Origin: a virus
Taxonomy: Duplodnaviria; Caudoviricetes
Virus record (IMG/VR): IMGVR_UViG_3300023119_000036
Coordinates: 1-53,212 of that record
Strand: one strand, 5' to 3'
DNA length: 53,212 nt
Below, piece after piece: positions 17,778-32,400 of this stretch; the stretch's first letter is position 1, and every line of letters begins with the position of its first letter. Made by a program: the position numbers and the translations under genes. The notes under the pieces are model-generated. The model saw nothing but the letters and a program-made list of their open reading frames with translations. It searched no databases and was not told where the DNA came from.

Positions 17778-19829
17778 TTATGTTCCAGTATAAATTATAT
17801 AATTGACAGCTAAGTAAGGATTCATTATATTCAAATCTTGTCCAACTTCAGATTCTGTTTTCACTCCACCACTTGCAGGATAAGCTTGTGTGCCGCCTGT
17901 GCCGGGGTCTATTTGGAAAGTAATTGCTTCTTCATCAACAGGTTCTCCTGAACCAACTCTAAGTCCATAATATTGGGTACCTGAAGGGGCTTCCATGTCG
18001 TGTTCGTGGTCTGGTAGATTTTCAGCAGCAATTCCTCTAGCTTCAGCACCTGCATTACCGCCAATTGCATCTGCTGCAATATCTGTAACTCTATTTGCTG
18101 AGATGCCTCCCATGTTGTCTGTACCCATTGCAAACCTACCGCGCAGATCCGGTAAGGCAAAAGAGTTGACACCTTGATCAGCAAGTAACGATGCGTCTTT
18201 AAAATTGAAACCTATAGCATTAAACAGTGTTGTATAATCTGATTTTAAAACTTCCGAACCATCACAAAGTAACCAACCTTCTGGTGCTTCTTGGCCGCCG
18301 AAGGGCATAATTGCACCTGCCGGTACTAGAGGTATAGTTTTTAGAAAATTTCTTTTACTAACTTTATATACACCTGTGTTACCAGATCTTTTGTTAAGTA
18401 AAATTTCATCTTGGTTGTCAACATCATAAATTGTTTCTTTATTAGAAATAAAACTGTTTGCTATTCTAATATCAAATTGTTTAAGAGTTCCGCCTGTTTG
18501 TCCATCGAACTCTATCGTATTCGTTTCTACATCTCCACCTACTGCAAATGTTGTTGCACTAACTAGTCTATCAGCAGAGCCTGCTCTGCCAGTAACTGTG
18601 CCATTTACGTTACCTTGGATGTTTCCTACAAATGTATTTGCAAAAATTTGGTCATATTTGTTGTTAGCTGTACCTATGTTGCGTGTTCCGGAGCTGTCTG
18701 GAGATATATTTCCTGACAGTAAAACTCCGCCAATGTCAACATCACCACCTACATTTAATGAACCTGCAATTCCTACGCCGCCTGCTGTTACTATTGAGCC
18801 GGAGTTAATACTTGTACTAGGAATATTGTTTTCTAGCGTTAAGCTACCAGAATCGGGGAATCCATCTCTTGGTGATAATTTGATATCACCTTTTACATCA
18901 AGTTCTACTTCAGGGCCTATATTATTAATACCAACAAAACCTTCACTGTCTATACGTACTACTGTAGGAAATGCAGTGGATGTTTTTAATCTAAAGTCAA
19001 TATTTGATCCTACAATGTTTTGTGATACAATAGCTGCTTCGTTTTCTATAGAAAGTTTTAATTGATTACCTGTACCAATTGTAATACCTTCGTTATTTTT
19101 AATTGTTAAGTCAAAATTAGATTGGCTAGAAGCATTACCCCTTAAAAAGTTTCCTGCAGGAATAACTTGGTTTCCTATAACTAGTGCTTCTGCTTTTTCC
19201 GAAGTTCCGTAATATTTTAAATCTTCGTTCACTAGCTGATTAGATGTAATATTTAAGCCAGCTTTTAATCCTGTTCTAAAACCAGGTATAGTTGTTTTTG
19301 GGATAAACGATTGATCAGTAAGTATCAAAGCTGGCTTATCTTTAATCTTAATACTTAATACAGTGTAAGTAACATCATCGTCGCCTACTATTTCTTCGCT
19401 TTGCGTGCCTGTAAGTAAACCGTCGCTAAACTCTGGACCAACTAATACCCAACCAGAACCTGTAAACAAGTATAATTGTTGCGATTCTGTATTAACCCAT
19501 ACATCTCCTGCTGTGCTATTAGAAACTTCTGGCTGCGTAGATGATTTTTTTAGGCCGCCGCTGGCTACCCATGTTGTCCCATCATAAATTTTTAACTGGT
19601 TTACACCTTCCGAAGTATCATACCAAAGCTGCCCTTCTACCGGACGCTCAGGTGCAGATGAATTTGCAAAATTTTCTAATAAATGTAAAAAGTTTTCAGA
19701 AACTGCTTGTCCATATGACGTTACATTCCGTCCTGGTAAAACCAAACTAGTTTCATTATTCAACGTGGCATCTTCAACAATTATTGCGCCTTTATTTACT
19801 ACGTCAGTATAATTAATCGTATATGCCAT
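17778..19829 (-). CDS. Tail fibre protein with phage tail collar domain (gp12/gp10-like C-terminus)
   Basis: VPAGAIMPFGG...GWLLCDGS...LFNAIG...LPDLRGRF collar, HxH (DHEH), terminal NIMNPYLAVNYII. Confidence 0.85.
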   Translation of the reverse strand: MAYTINYTDVVNKGAIIVEDATLNNETSLVLPGRNVTSYGQAVSENFLHLLENFANSSAPERPVEGQLWYDTSEGVNQLKIYDGTTWVASGGLKKSSTQPEVSNSTAGDVWVNTESQQLYLFTGSGWVLVGPEFSDGLLTGTQSEEIVGDDDVTYTVLSIKIKDKPALILTDQSFIPKTTIPGFRTGLKAGLNITSNQLVNEDLKYYGTSEKAEALVIGNQVIPAGNFLRGNASSQSNFDLTIKNNEGITIGTGNQLKLSIENEAAIVSQNIVGSNIDFRLKTSTAFPTVVRIDSEGFVGINNIGPEVELDVKGDIKLSPRDGFPDSGSLTLENNIPSTSINSGSIVTAGGVGIAGSLNVGGDVDIGGVLLSGNISPDSSGTRNIGTANNKYDQIFANTFVGNIQGNVNGTVTGRAGSADRLVSATTFAVGGDVETNTIEFDGQTGGTLKQFDIRIANSFISNKETIYDVDNQDEILLNKRSGNTGVYKVSKRNFLKTIPLVPAGAIMPFGGQEAPEGWLLCDGSEVLKSDYTTLFNAIGFNFKDASLLADQGVNSFALPDLRGRFAMGTDNMGGISANRVTDIAADAIGGNAGAEARGIAAENLPDHEHDMEAPSGTQYYGLRVGSGEPVDEEAITFQIDPGTGGTQAYPASGGVKTESEVGQDLNIMNPYLAVNYIIYTGT

Positions 19830-19833
19830 TATA

Positions 19834-20427
19834 TTATCCTGTCAAACTCTGTACTCTTACAGTATAATCTATCTGTATTAGTCTATTCAGACTCTTTTGC
19901 ACTGGATGAAAAATTACATGAGTAATAAGTCTACCTGTGCCGTCTGCGCTGTAACTTCTCAATCCTAATTCATCAAAAACGTAAGCATTGTTTTGTGACG
20001 ATGCTGTATCAAATGCTTCTTGGCCGTTGGGCTCTCCGTAGTCTAACAAACAAGTAACTAAAATGTCTGTGTAATTTGTGCCGCTTACATGCCTAGTTTC
20101 TATTTTGTTTCTAGTAGGGTCAAGATTGTTTACACTTCTATCATCAACCACTTTGCTGTAAGTCTGATTATATAAACTAGCATTTGTTCCTGTGCTATTA
20201 GGAGTCAAATAGGTAATGATACCTGTAGGATCAATACTTGTTCCACCATTGCCAAAACTCATTTCATAAATGAATCCTTCTCCTGCATTAGCAAGACTTT
20301 CAGCCAATGCAATACTCATATTTTCGTAATGAATTGCATTTCTTTTGTTTATATAAATTTCGTTGGTTTTTGGGTCAAATATTTTTATATGACCTTGCAC
20401 CATTATTCCATGAGTTTCTTGCATCAT
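19834..20427 (-). CDS. Baseplate/fibre-attachment structural protein
   Basis: FGNGG...FDELGL...FHPVQKS...IDYTVR pattern typical of baseplate-fibre junction proteins; lies between the giant baseplate gene and the fibre genes. Confidence 0.6.
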   Translation of the reverse strand: MMQETHGIMVQGHIKIFDPKTNEIYINKRNAIHYENMSIALAESLANAGEGFIYEMSFGNGGTSIDPTGIITYLTPNSTGTNASLYNQTYSKVVDDRSVNNLDPTRNKIETRHVSGTNYTDILVTCLLDYGEPNGQEAFDTASSQNNAYVFDELGLRSYSADGTGRLITHVIFHPVQKSLNRLIQIDYTVRVQSLTG

Positions 20428-20447
20428 ACTATCCGTTTTCCTATACT

Positions 20448-20455
20448 GTATTTAT
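20448..20455 (-). promoter_or_regulatory. Putative late promoter (ATAAATAC) overlapping the stop codon of the giant gene
   Basis: GAA-TAA-ATAC; the TAA stop at 20454-20452 forms part of the motif. Confidence 0.6.
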
Positions 20456-23400
20456 TCAGGATGCTCATATGTTCCTGCACGTAAGAATCGTGCTATAGAA
20501 TTTTGTGCTGTTCCTAGTGTTTCGTTATCTTTTTTCCAAATTTGGCCTTGCTTTTTAATAACTGTAACTCTAGTTTGTTCCTGTGGTATTTCATTTAAAA
20601 CTAAGCTGTTATTTGCGACATCAAACTCAGCTGTGACTATTACATCTCCGTCCGGGCTTGTTTGAGCTTTGGTAGGATCGTATACAGCAATAGTATTTTT
20701 ATTCAGTCTTCTTCCGCCAACAAACACTTCGACTTGATTTTTATCTGTTACATCAAAGTTTACTGCAAATGTGTTTGTATATCCATCTGCAATGGCATTA
20801 TAAACCAAATTTGTATCTCTATATGGTATTGTTTTATCTCTATTTTGGTTATAAACTTTAGTTCCTGTTGCATGCACATTAGGAACGCCTGTTCCTAGAG
20901 TTCCTCTGCGTAATTGTCTAAGTGTATTACCTTCTTTGACAAAATATTCTATACGTTCTCCATTTACAAACAATATACCAGGAAGATTTTTGCCTTTATC
21001 TGGCTCCGGCAAATCTGTTCCATCAACTACTTCTATACGTAAATCATCATATGCTAAATCTTGCAATAAAGTCGTTGCTGCTGCATCTAGTCTTTTAAAG
21101 TGTGTTCTATTAAGAATGTCTTTAAACTGTCTATAACTAAAGCCATCAACACTAACATCGGCAGCAAAATGTATTACTTCAATAACATCATTTTGGTCTG
21201 GTAATTCTGTTAATCTAACTTTCCTACGATTGTCTGTGATATAATAATCAACGCTAGGAGTAAGAAGTGTGCCGTTCTTTGTTACCCAAACATACTGTGC
21301 ATCTAGTGCAGGCTTGCGTAATTCAAGTTCTCCTGTTGTCAATCTTAAATAAGATCTTACTTCTTGGTCACTTATCAAATTCATACGTCTTACAACATCG
21401 TATTGAGATTTTTCTATATCCTTTAAGTCATGATTACTATACTGATAAACAAATATCTTTTCGTCCGCTGCTGGCACATCATTAAGTACAAGTTGTGTTC
21501 CTGCTATAGTGTATTCGCTTTCTGAAATATTGTAAATTTCTACACTATCACCTGGTACGCCGTATTCATCACTAAGTAAAATTGCGCTATTTGCAATATC
21601 TAAGCGCCATTGTTCAGGAGTAAATATTTCTTGGCCATTCAAAAATACCTTAAGTCCATCTGCAGACAATGATCCTGGAGGTTGCTGGAAAGACTCTAAT
21701 CTGTATTCACGTTGATTATTTTGCGGTATAATATGGTTTATACTATATCCACTATTAAGTATAGTTTGTCCTACTTGGACAATTACGTTGTGCTCAGTAG
21801 GTTGTGCATAAAATGGTGTGCCTTGTAGAGTAAACGTATTGTTTATACCATTACCTGTAAATTGATCAGTAACTACTTGGCTGTAACTAATTGCTTCGTT
21901 ACTAGAAAATACAGAGTAATTAATAACATCACCGCCTTGTGCTTCTTGTTCAAGTATGACTGCAAATCTATTGTCTCCTTCAACATCATCCGCATAGTTG
22001 TAAGCAGTATATTCTACCGGCTGTCCATTTTTTGTTATAAAAATAGATTTTTCTTCGCTATATTCTTCATCAATCACAAACTGTGAAAGCACTCCTGTCA
22101 AAACAATTTCACCTAAATATTTTATACTTGCAGAAGTGCTTTGTTCTTGCACAATTATAGATAATTGCTTGTCAGCTTCTACAGGAATTGTGACAGATTT
22201 TGCACTCCAATCTATAGTATATTGAGTATCATTTAATATTTGTCCATCATATTTTACTAATACGCTATCTGCCGAACCAGGTAATTGTCTAAATATATGT
22301 GTGTAATCACCACTAGTTGTTGTTTCATAATTAAAACAATAAACAATACCTTGCCCGCCGCTTTCTTTTGTATGAACCTTAATATCTAAAGTATCATATA
22401 CTGTACCAGGCACTAGTTCTTCTGTTTTTGCTTGTGTTGGTGACACAAATAGATCACCATCAGTAATTATTTCTTCTGCATTAATACCTTGTGCAGTAGT
22501 ATAACCTAAATCGCCTCCTTCTAATGCAGTATCATAACTTGCTAAATCAGGGATAATACTACCATCACTAGTAATTTTTCTAACAATGAATATGTCACCA
22601 TCATTTAATTCAATTCCTAAATCTTGTGTATTGATTATTGTCTGTTGTCCATCGCCAGTAACACTGTTAACTACTGCAAATGGATTAGCAGGATCACCTT
22701 CATCAAAATTAGGATCATCTATTCTCACACCATTTTTGTATAAATTATAAACTACACCATCTTCTAATGCTTGGGTTAGTTCAACTGCAATAGTTGATCC
22801 GTCACTATAGAAAACTTCATCTTCAAATGTATTTTCGTATGAATCCCAAGAATCAGTAAACCATGGTTGACTATCCCATCCGCTTGGGCCACCGAAATCA
22901 AAACTTCTTACTTCAACTCCGCCGTAGTCTATTCCTGTCATTAATTGGTTTAGTTTTTTACCAAACATATTTCCTGTAGGATTGTAGGCAAAATTTATTC
23001 TGTCTGCTGCGTCTAACAGTTCAATAGACTTATAATATTCTACTCTAATAGTTGATACAGCGTTAAATGGATTAGTGAATGTAATTCTACCATGTTTGTA
23101 TGTATAACTGCCTTCACTAACTTCAACATTTGTTACAGTATATTTGCTTCTCAACTGCTCTTCATCGTTTACAAAAATCTTAATTTTATCTACTTCTACG
23201 TTTACTGGCCATTCTAAATCGTAAACTGTGTCTATATTTGTTGCAGTGAATGTTTCTGTAACATCAAGATTTTCTAAAGTGAATTCTCCGACAGTTCTAT
23301 CAAACTTAATTTTTACTGTAGGTGTTCTTACAACCCCTTTTGTAAGTCTTGCATATGCTTTTGCCTGAGTTCCAGTTTCATTTTGTGATCCTTCAATTGT

Positions 23401-26400
23401 TATAGTAGGAGGACTAATAAATCCTTGTCCAGGATTCAAGACTTGTATTTTTGTAACTCTGCCATAACCTAAAAACGCTTGTGCAGTTGCAGTTGTATTA
23501 CCATCGCCTATGACTACTTTTGGCGGCAATGTATAACCAGAACCTCCATCTTTGACTATTATTTCATCAATACTAAATCCTAAATTATCAAAGAAGTGCT
23601 TTCTAGGATAAATGTTCACAGCATCAGCTACATTAGATTTTACAATCCCGTCGAGCACTTGGGTGCTAATTGGTTGTATATTACCAAACTGATCGTTGTA
23701 TTGCGGTGGCAAATCAAAATCTGTCACAACTGAATTTGTAGGTTGAGTATAATCGACACTAGATACAAACTCTCTAATATTAGTTTTATACGGTTTAACT
23801 TCTTTTACATATTCTTCAAAATATTCTTTATTATCTTGTTCGAATGTTCTATCCTGTGTAAGTGCACCTAGTTTGTGATTAATTTTTATAAAACTACTCT
23901 TGAACATCCAATCAACATTTTTTTGCTCTGCAAAAATGTATCTCAATGAACTAAAAAATAATTGATTGTATTCTACAGATAAATCATTAATAAAAATATT
24001 ATCTCTTATACATTCTAAAATTATCCTTAATTCTATTGCAGGATTATTATCATAAATTCCATTATCAAAACTTCTATTATCATAACCTGACGCATTAGAA
24101 TTGATATTATATAAAGAATCATTTAATTCAATTGTACCGTTTTGTCTGCCTATAGTCTTATAATCTGATGTATAATCTTCTGCACCACTTGTACCAATTC
24201 TTTCTAATAATAACCATCCAGAAGATCCTATGTCTTTTATTTTTACTATAGATCCAAAACGTGGATTTAGAGCTTTTAATTGGTAGCTTTGATCAATTTC
24301 ATAATCAACCTGTGTAAATTGATTGTAACCGTTTGCATACCAATCAATGTAATTCCAATAGCGTCTTACATCAAAAGATTGAGATTGTCTTCTAAACCAA
24401 GTTTTACTAATTTCATTATAGCCATAAATTGTCCAATAATTTATACTTGTGCTGTCAGACGCAACTAAAACACTGAAGCGTCTAACAAAGATTGAAGTTG
24501 TATTGTCATATCCTGATCCTTGTTGAATTATATTTGCAGAAGTAACTCTACCTAAGTTATCAATAGATAACTCAATTTCTGCACCTGAGCCTTTACCTCT
24601 TAATTCAAAAGTGGGCGGTGTTTTATATCCACGTCCTGTTTGTTCTATATCAACTCTTACCACTCGTCCATTTAACACAATAGGTTTGAGTATAGCTTGA
24701 GATAATTTGTTTGTACTTACATATTGTAACTCTTCAAACGTATCTATTTGTAAATCATATTCATTTGTTTTTTCTGTAGGTAAATTATCAAATCTATTTA
24801 ATTCACTTATATCAAAATCGTCTGTGATTAAATTATCTTTGAAAATTAAATTAATTCGTTCTATAGACTGCTTTAGTGCTTCTATGCGATTAACAAACAT
24901 ACTTTGTCTTGGTCTATTCAAAATACCATATTTTTGTGGTATAGGTAATGATGAATCAGGAACATTCCTACCATTAGTGTCAAAACCAATTAAGCTATCA
25001 TGCCACTTGCGGTCTAAGTCTTCCGGTATTTCAGATGTAGGATCACCGTCTGCAATAAGTTTGTATTGCTTGTGTAGATTAGAATCCAATGACGGTTTTT
25101 GCTTATATTTTATGTTGAGAACAATATCATTACTAGATACTAGATTATCAAAATTATTTAGAATTATCCTGTCTGTACCTACAAATGAAATATACCTATA
25201 ATTATTTTCTCTAGGACGGCTAATTAATTGTGCAATATCATAAACACTAAGATTTCTATTTTTTATAGACGGTATTGTTTTCTTATTTTTCACCCAGAAA
25301 TAATAACGTGTAGTGAATGATTGAGACAAGTCATCATAAATTAATTTGGCACTATATTTTCCATCTCCGTATAACGGCTCTCCTGAAATACCTTGCGGTG
25401 TCCCTTTATCTGTGTCAGCTAATGCAGACCATCTGCTAGGAAGTATATTACTTTCTACCCATTCGTATACATCAATTGTTGCACCTTCTGTAAGTAAGTT
25501 CCAATTATTTTTTTGATAGTTTATACTACCTTGGTAAGGATAAACAAATCTTGCCGTGCTTAGATCCCACCAAACTTGTCCTACATGATTATCTAACCAA
25601 GCCTGTTTTGTATCTACGTTTGATGACCCAATTACACCTACGTTATAGTATGCAGGATCAAAAAATGTTTTAAATGTAACATCTTGTTCAGCAGGACCTG
25701 CTATCTTGCCCTGCAAAGGATCAATATAATCTACATAACTAACTATTTTATTTTCTTTTTTATTATAAAGGAAAGCACCTTCTATCAAATCTAAATTGAC
25801 AGGTGGACTAATGTTTTTATATATATTCCAGGCAAAAGTATTTTTCGGCTTTCGATAATCTAAAAATACACCCTTTATATCCTGTTCTGCATAGAAAGGA
25901 ATACCGACATAAACATGATTGTTGTTTGCTAATAAATTTTTGCCAAATTCATATGTTGAATCTTCAAATCTAAAATTCTCGCTATATGTATATTCACCTT
26001 CAATATTTTCATATACATATACCATTCCTGCATCTATACTTGTATTAGAAAATTCAGTAAATCCTAAATCAAATGTAGTTTTTTGACTATCAAACGTAGT
26101 TGGATTTTTTTGATCTCCATTAAGACTTGTTATTACTAAATTATCATTTGTAATATCTACTTTATATCCAAATAATTCAGAAAGTTCTTTAGTAGGGCTT
26201 GTTATAATTTGAACGTTATCAGAAAAACTACCAGCACTTTGAGTATAAATGTAAACAGCACCTTGATTTAATCTGTTGACTGTAGTCTTTGGAGCTGATA
26301 CAGCAATTTGTAAGCCATCAGGTTTAACACTTATCTCATTGCCCCAGTCTTCAATTTCGTTTGGTGCTTCTATAATTTCGTAGAGTTTGTACTTACTGTC

Positions 26401-29400
26401 TTCTTTTCTATAAATTACAAGATTTTTAGACTTTGTGCTATCAGATTTAGTAAGTTCTGCAATGACTGCTAAAACTTGACCGTTCTGATTTGCATCAAAT
26501 TTTTTGCTGAACTCTAGGATATTTGTTTCTGGATCATATACATCTTCACCATAAAAGTTGTTACCTGTAAGATTTGGCAAGTAACCTACATAATCAAATT
26601 CGTTAGTAACTAATCTCCAGAAAACCGTATTAAACTCTACGCCTGCTGCTACATTAGTAGATGCTTCGTAAAACGCATTGTCTTTTAATACAATAGAACC
26701 TTGTTGATAACCATAAGTATTGTCCCAATTTCCTCTATATGCAGGATCGACTCCATAGCGCCAACTAATATTATCCCAGTTTACTGGGTTGGTAATTGAC
26801 TGTGTAGCAGATTCGTCTGAGTCTTTATTTGCACGGTAATAATTATCCTGATAGACAACTATATCGCCTGCATTATACTGGGTAAGTTGATAATTGCCTC
26901 TGAATCTATCTACTTCTTCAGTACCATGGTAGAATATTTCTATTGAACCAGGATCGAATCTTGTTTCTTTATCTAAGTCTCCTCTAGATCCTACTAACAG
27001 CGTATATAGTTTATCTTGTTTTTTTATTTTTACTTCGTCACCAAAATATCTTTCAGCACTATTGTACTGGCTAACAAGAAGTTTATCATAATCATATGCA
27101 CCGTTCTCTTGTCTTCTAAATATTGCAACTACACCTTCATTAGCATAACCGCTAGAAGTTCCTCTTGCATCTCCTTGGATATTGTAAACTTGTGTATAAT
27201 CTTTGTTTAGTTTTGTAGGATGATTAGGTAGTCTTGCAATACCACTTTCAAAATTCTCTCTATAGAAATAATATTCTGCATCTAGCACTGCTGGATTATC
27301 TACAACATCAAAGTTTCCTGACTGATTTTCAAAAACTAATAAATCTCCAATTACAGCACTTCCTAAAATAATATTATTGTTTACATCTTCGATAGTTCCT
27401 ACTACACGGTCTACATCTAATTCGTCTCTTGCTGTTCTACGTATTTGGAATCTACCTATATTAGACAATTGTGTCCATGATCCGCTTATAACTTTTACAT
27501 ATACTCTTACATTATTAAACTGTTGTTGAGCAAAAACTATCTCAGCTGAAGAAGTAGTTGTGCTTGTAAGGGCTAAGCCGCCCTGACCGTCTCGTGGAAA
27601 TTGTACATCTTCAATAATATCGCCAACTTGTATTCTAAAAGGATTTCCCTCGAAATCAAATTCTGTGTACTCAAAGTCAATATACCCATCCCAAATATCA
27701 TAAATTTGATGTGATTGATTTAATTGCTGTATATCAAATCCCGAGCCATTAAGTGTAACTGGTGAATTATCTAAATCATAAAAATTAAACAATAATGATT
27801 CGTTTGCAGGATCACCCTTTCCTACAAAGAAGTTATTTGATGCGATATCTTCTTGGAATGATTTTCCTATTCTCACAACCCATAAATTACTAGGCTGCGG
27901 TGCTTCAATTCCATCCGGATCTCCTGTATAAGACAAATGGGTCATAAAGCTAGAACGATTATTCTCATTTACAAAGTTTCCTACAATAGAAACAGTGTCT
28001 TGAATATTAGAGTAAATGTTTAAAGGACGTTCACTATCTGCAGGTTTAACATCTGCATAAACTAATCCTCGTCCTATATCAGAATATCTACCATTATTGC
28101 TATAAGTAAATCCAGTATCTATATACCAAAATCCACCTACAGCGTCTGATGTTGCAAATGTAGATTCTTGTGTATAAAAACCTACAAAGTTTTTTGTAGC
28201 ACTTACATACAGTTCGTCTGTTACAGCCATTACACCGTTTATATCTTTGAGATAAATTACAGCACTGTCTCTGTATATTGCAATATAATACACAATACCG
28301 CTACCTGTATCTGTTTCTATTTGATCACCTACACTAGGCAAACTAACAAAAGTCTCAACAAAAAGAACTGCATCTATTTTTGCTACTATTTCGTGCTCTT
28401 GCGATAAAAACTCTGGCGTTATACTTGGAATTTGGCCGTCAAATGGAATATAAATATCTTGGGTAGGATATGCATAACTTTTTCTGTTCCAGTATAAATT
28501 AATTCTATCGCCTGTACCTACTTCATCATTAATCCTGCCAGTAGTGCCTAAATACATATCAATAGGTGCTCTAATTAACAAATGGTCTATATTTGAAGTA
28601 GGCAATCCAAAGTTTCCTGACAGTAATAATTTTAAAGTTGTACTGTCAGTATCTTCTTGGTTTACAAGGTTAACATAGCTATCAAAAGTAGAGTAAGGTT
28701 GTGTAGAAATTTGCGGTTCTATTTTTTTGTTAGCTTTCCAAAATGACTCTCTGTATTTTACAATCTGATTTTTTGAATACGTAGTGTCTGGATCAAAAGT
28801 ACCTTTGAATTGTGTTTTGACCCCTGATGCATGCGGGACACCTACAACTAAATATTCTCCATCTTCGCTTACATCTATAGAATAACCAAATTGATCATGA
28901 GAATCAATAATATCATTTGCTTCTCTAAGGTCTAGTTCTTGTGTAAGTTGTAGCCTTGCAGTTTCTTTACTTCTTTTGTAGACAAATACCTTGCCGCTTT
29001 CGTCGCCACTAGCAGCTACAAAGAAATTATTGTTGTCTGCTGTTGCAGCCATTGACCCTGTAAAATCTTGTCTAGTGCTATCCCATTCGGATGGATTATC
29101 ATACTGGTCTAATAAATTATATACTTTTTTGTTTTGCAGTACTGACCAATTATTATTAGAATAATTATCTACCCAAATTTTCTGATTATCATATATTTTT
29201 TCATTTACAATAGCATTGACATTTGATAGATTATTTGTCCTTACTTCCCTTAGTGTTGTTACAGTAAGTTTTTCATCTGCAAAACCAATTATGTCATTTA
29301 CAGTTGGTACAACAATAAATGCTAATTGATTTTGTATTTCATATATTTCGTAAAATCCATTGAGATTGTAAGATTGGGCGCCTCTTACAGCGATAAAATC

Positions 29401-32400
29401 TCCTACTTTCACATAAGAATCTAACCACTTATCTACTTCTAGTGTATAAATTAATTTGCCTTCAGGATTTAGAGCTGTAGCTTCTGTCAAGCTTAGAGCT
29501 GTCAAATTTAGATTTTCGTGTTGATACACCGTCCAATTTTCATTTATTTGATTAGTCAGGTGTATGTATCCGCCAAGTTTGAATACATTTACATTTCCTA
29601 AAGCAAGATCTTCTTTAGCAGAAACATTAAAATCTATATCAGCTTCGTCTACATATCCTACACTTTTGACATATTCAATAGTATTATCTAAAACAGGAAA
29701 AACCTGACTTGTATAATCGCTAGGCTTATCTTTTAAATCCGAAGGTAAAATTCTATAAATTTTATCAAAGTTTTTTGTTGGTAATGAATCTGTAAACAAT
29801 ACCGCTTGCGGGCTTTCAGTAAGTTTAGTGTCGGATAATTCTACTTCAATTTGTTTAATATCTTCTGTAGATCCGTACATAGCGGAGCGCACTGCCCATT
29901 CTTCATAAAAGTCAATGCTATCTTCTCCACTAGAACTTAGAGCACCAAAAAGTTTTGTAATTGCATTTTGAGAACCTTTTTCTTGGATCATACCTTGGTA
30001 GAATTTCAGTTGGCTTACATCATCTACAATCAAATTACTTAGATATTCTCTTTTTTGAAATCCAATAAATCTTTCGGCGAGTTCTTGTAAAGAATTGTCA
30101 AAACTTGCACTATTATTATCATAATAATCATTAAATTGATTAATTCTATAATCAAAATTTGTAAGTAAGTCAGGTTCTGGCTTTTCTGATAATCTATACC
30201 ACTGATTGTAGTTTATATCAGCAGAACCTGACACGTTTTCAGTCGCAACATAATAATACTGCTTATATTTTATAAGACTTCCTATTTTGTAATCTTGGAA
30301 TGGTGTGAAATCTTTTGTTACTGCATCGTCATATAAGAAACCAGGAATATTTAAACTGCCATCCCATTCGTCTGAACGATATCCAGATACTCTCATTCTT
30401 TTTTGCCTGTATCCAGAAGCAGGATGATAAATCACATCATTAAATATTGTGGTATTGTCAATTACAACAACGTGTTCTTTTTGCACTAAGGGCAAGTTTG
30501 CGCCATACAAACCTAAATCTGTGTCAATTAGTTGTATTCCAAAACTATTACCATCTCTCAGTAAACTAGCAAAGTTTCTTTCTAAAATATCCCCGTTACT
30601 TGATATAACATGACTGTCATAAAATTTGTCGAATATATCGTCTACAACAAGATAATTTGTACGGAATCTTAATTCATTTGCTGAAGGACTTAAACTAATT
30701 ACTGTTCCATTAGACCAGCCTTGTGTTGTCCAAAACATAAATTCTTTTGCAACAGATGTCCAATCATTTACAATTTCATCTGTTACATCATCGAAAATAA
30801 AACCTAGTGTTTCGAGGTATTTTCCGTATCCTAATAAAAAGTCTACAACCTCTTGAACAGTAGGTAGAATTGATCCGTATGGTAACTGATTAATTTTGTA
30901 TGTATCGTAATTTTTATAAAACTCAGCAACTCTGCCGCCTACACTAGGTAAGTTAGGAAGTTTTGCTAAAAATTCTTGATCAAAAGTATTACCACTTGTA
31001 AAATCTGTAATGACTCGATAGTATGCATTTAAATGAAATACAATTGAATCTTTCTTAAAAACTTTTTGCTCAGTCCATAATGAAAATTCTTCGCTTATTC
31101 CGCCTACAGATACAGAATATTTTGTAGATCCAACCAAAGGATTTAGGAAATTAAATAATGGATAATTTTGATTATATCCAGATATTTTGAATCCTCCTGG
31201 TGTTTTTTCTACAATTACTCCACTATATAAAAAGTTTTCTACAGGTGAACTTGTGTTAAAAACTAAGTTATAATTTTCTTGTGGAACAAACACACCTGAA
31301 GTGCCTATATCATGCTTAGGAGATTTACTTTCTAAAATTAGATTCAGTTTTGCTTTGTCTGAAAAACCTGCAAGTCTAAAACTTAAATTAATTTCTAATT
31401 TTTTGACTTCTTCGACATAAGTTCTGTGTACAGACAAAATATCACTAGCAACTAGATTATAGATATAATTTACTAAGCCACTTGTCAAATTTCTTTGCGT
31501 TTCTTCATACGTATTTGGAAAAACTATATTTTTGTTTTCTATAAATTTGCCTGTATGTTTATACGTCCTTTGATTTCCTATGTTTATTGTCATATTTGCA
31601 ACGTCAAATGCTTTTGCAAATGTATCTGCAGGATTTGACAACAGCATAGCACGAATGCAAGCAAAAGGAAAATCAGAACTCTTCCTCCATGCAGACTCTA
31701 CAGGACTATAGTCGCCAAATTCAAAAGATTTGCTTGCAGCCCGCTGATTAAAATTTTGTACTACATTTGCTTCTAGAGGCGCTAGTAAATGCCCCTTTTC
31801 ATCAACTGGAATAAAATTACGCAATCCGGGTCTAGCATATTTTTTATCTATTCTCGAATTATTAGGATCAGCAATTAATCCTTTTTCTATATTATCCCAA
31901 AGTATTAAATTATCACTTGTATAAGGAGCAGGTCCATAAACTTCTTCCCACCAGTCTGGTTTATTATTATAACCTTGTATATGCCACGGATGACTATGAG
32001 GTTTATCTGTATTAAAGACATTAAAATAAATTTTGCGCCAGAAGCCAGGAAGTTTATCTCCTCTTTCTGTGTTTCCTGCACTATAATTGAATGTGAAAGA
32101 ATTATTCAAATCGTATGCATTATTTGTAGCATAATCTAATTGCACAAATGTTTGCCATTCTGTAAAGTCTCTCAACATTATGTTATTTTGAATTTGTTGA
32201 GGAACTTTATAACCTATGAAATCATTTCCTAAGAAACTATATACATCAATAGTGTTTTGATCATAGTCTACTTTAATGTTGTTATAAATTCTTTTTTCTA
32301 ATTCTAATTGCAGGCCATCTTTATAATCTTGGTAGCATAGAATTTGGCTACCATCATGTCCTACTATAAACGGTACACCTATAGGATAAGTTTCGTAGTC

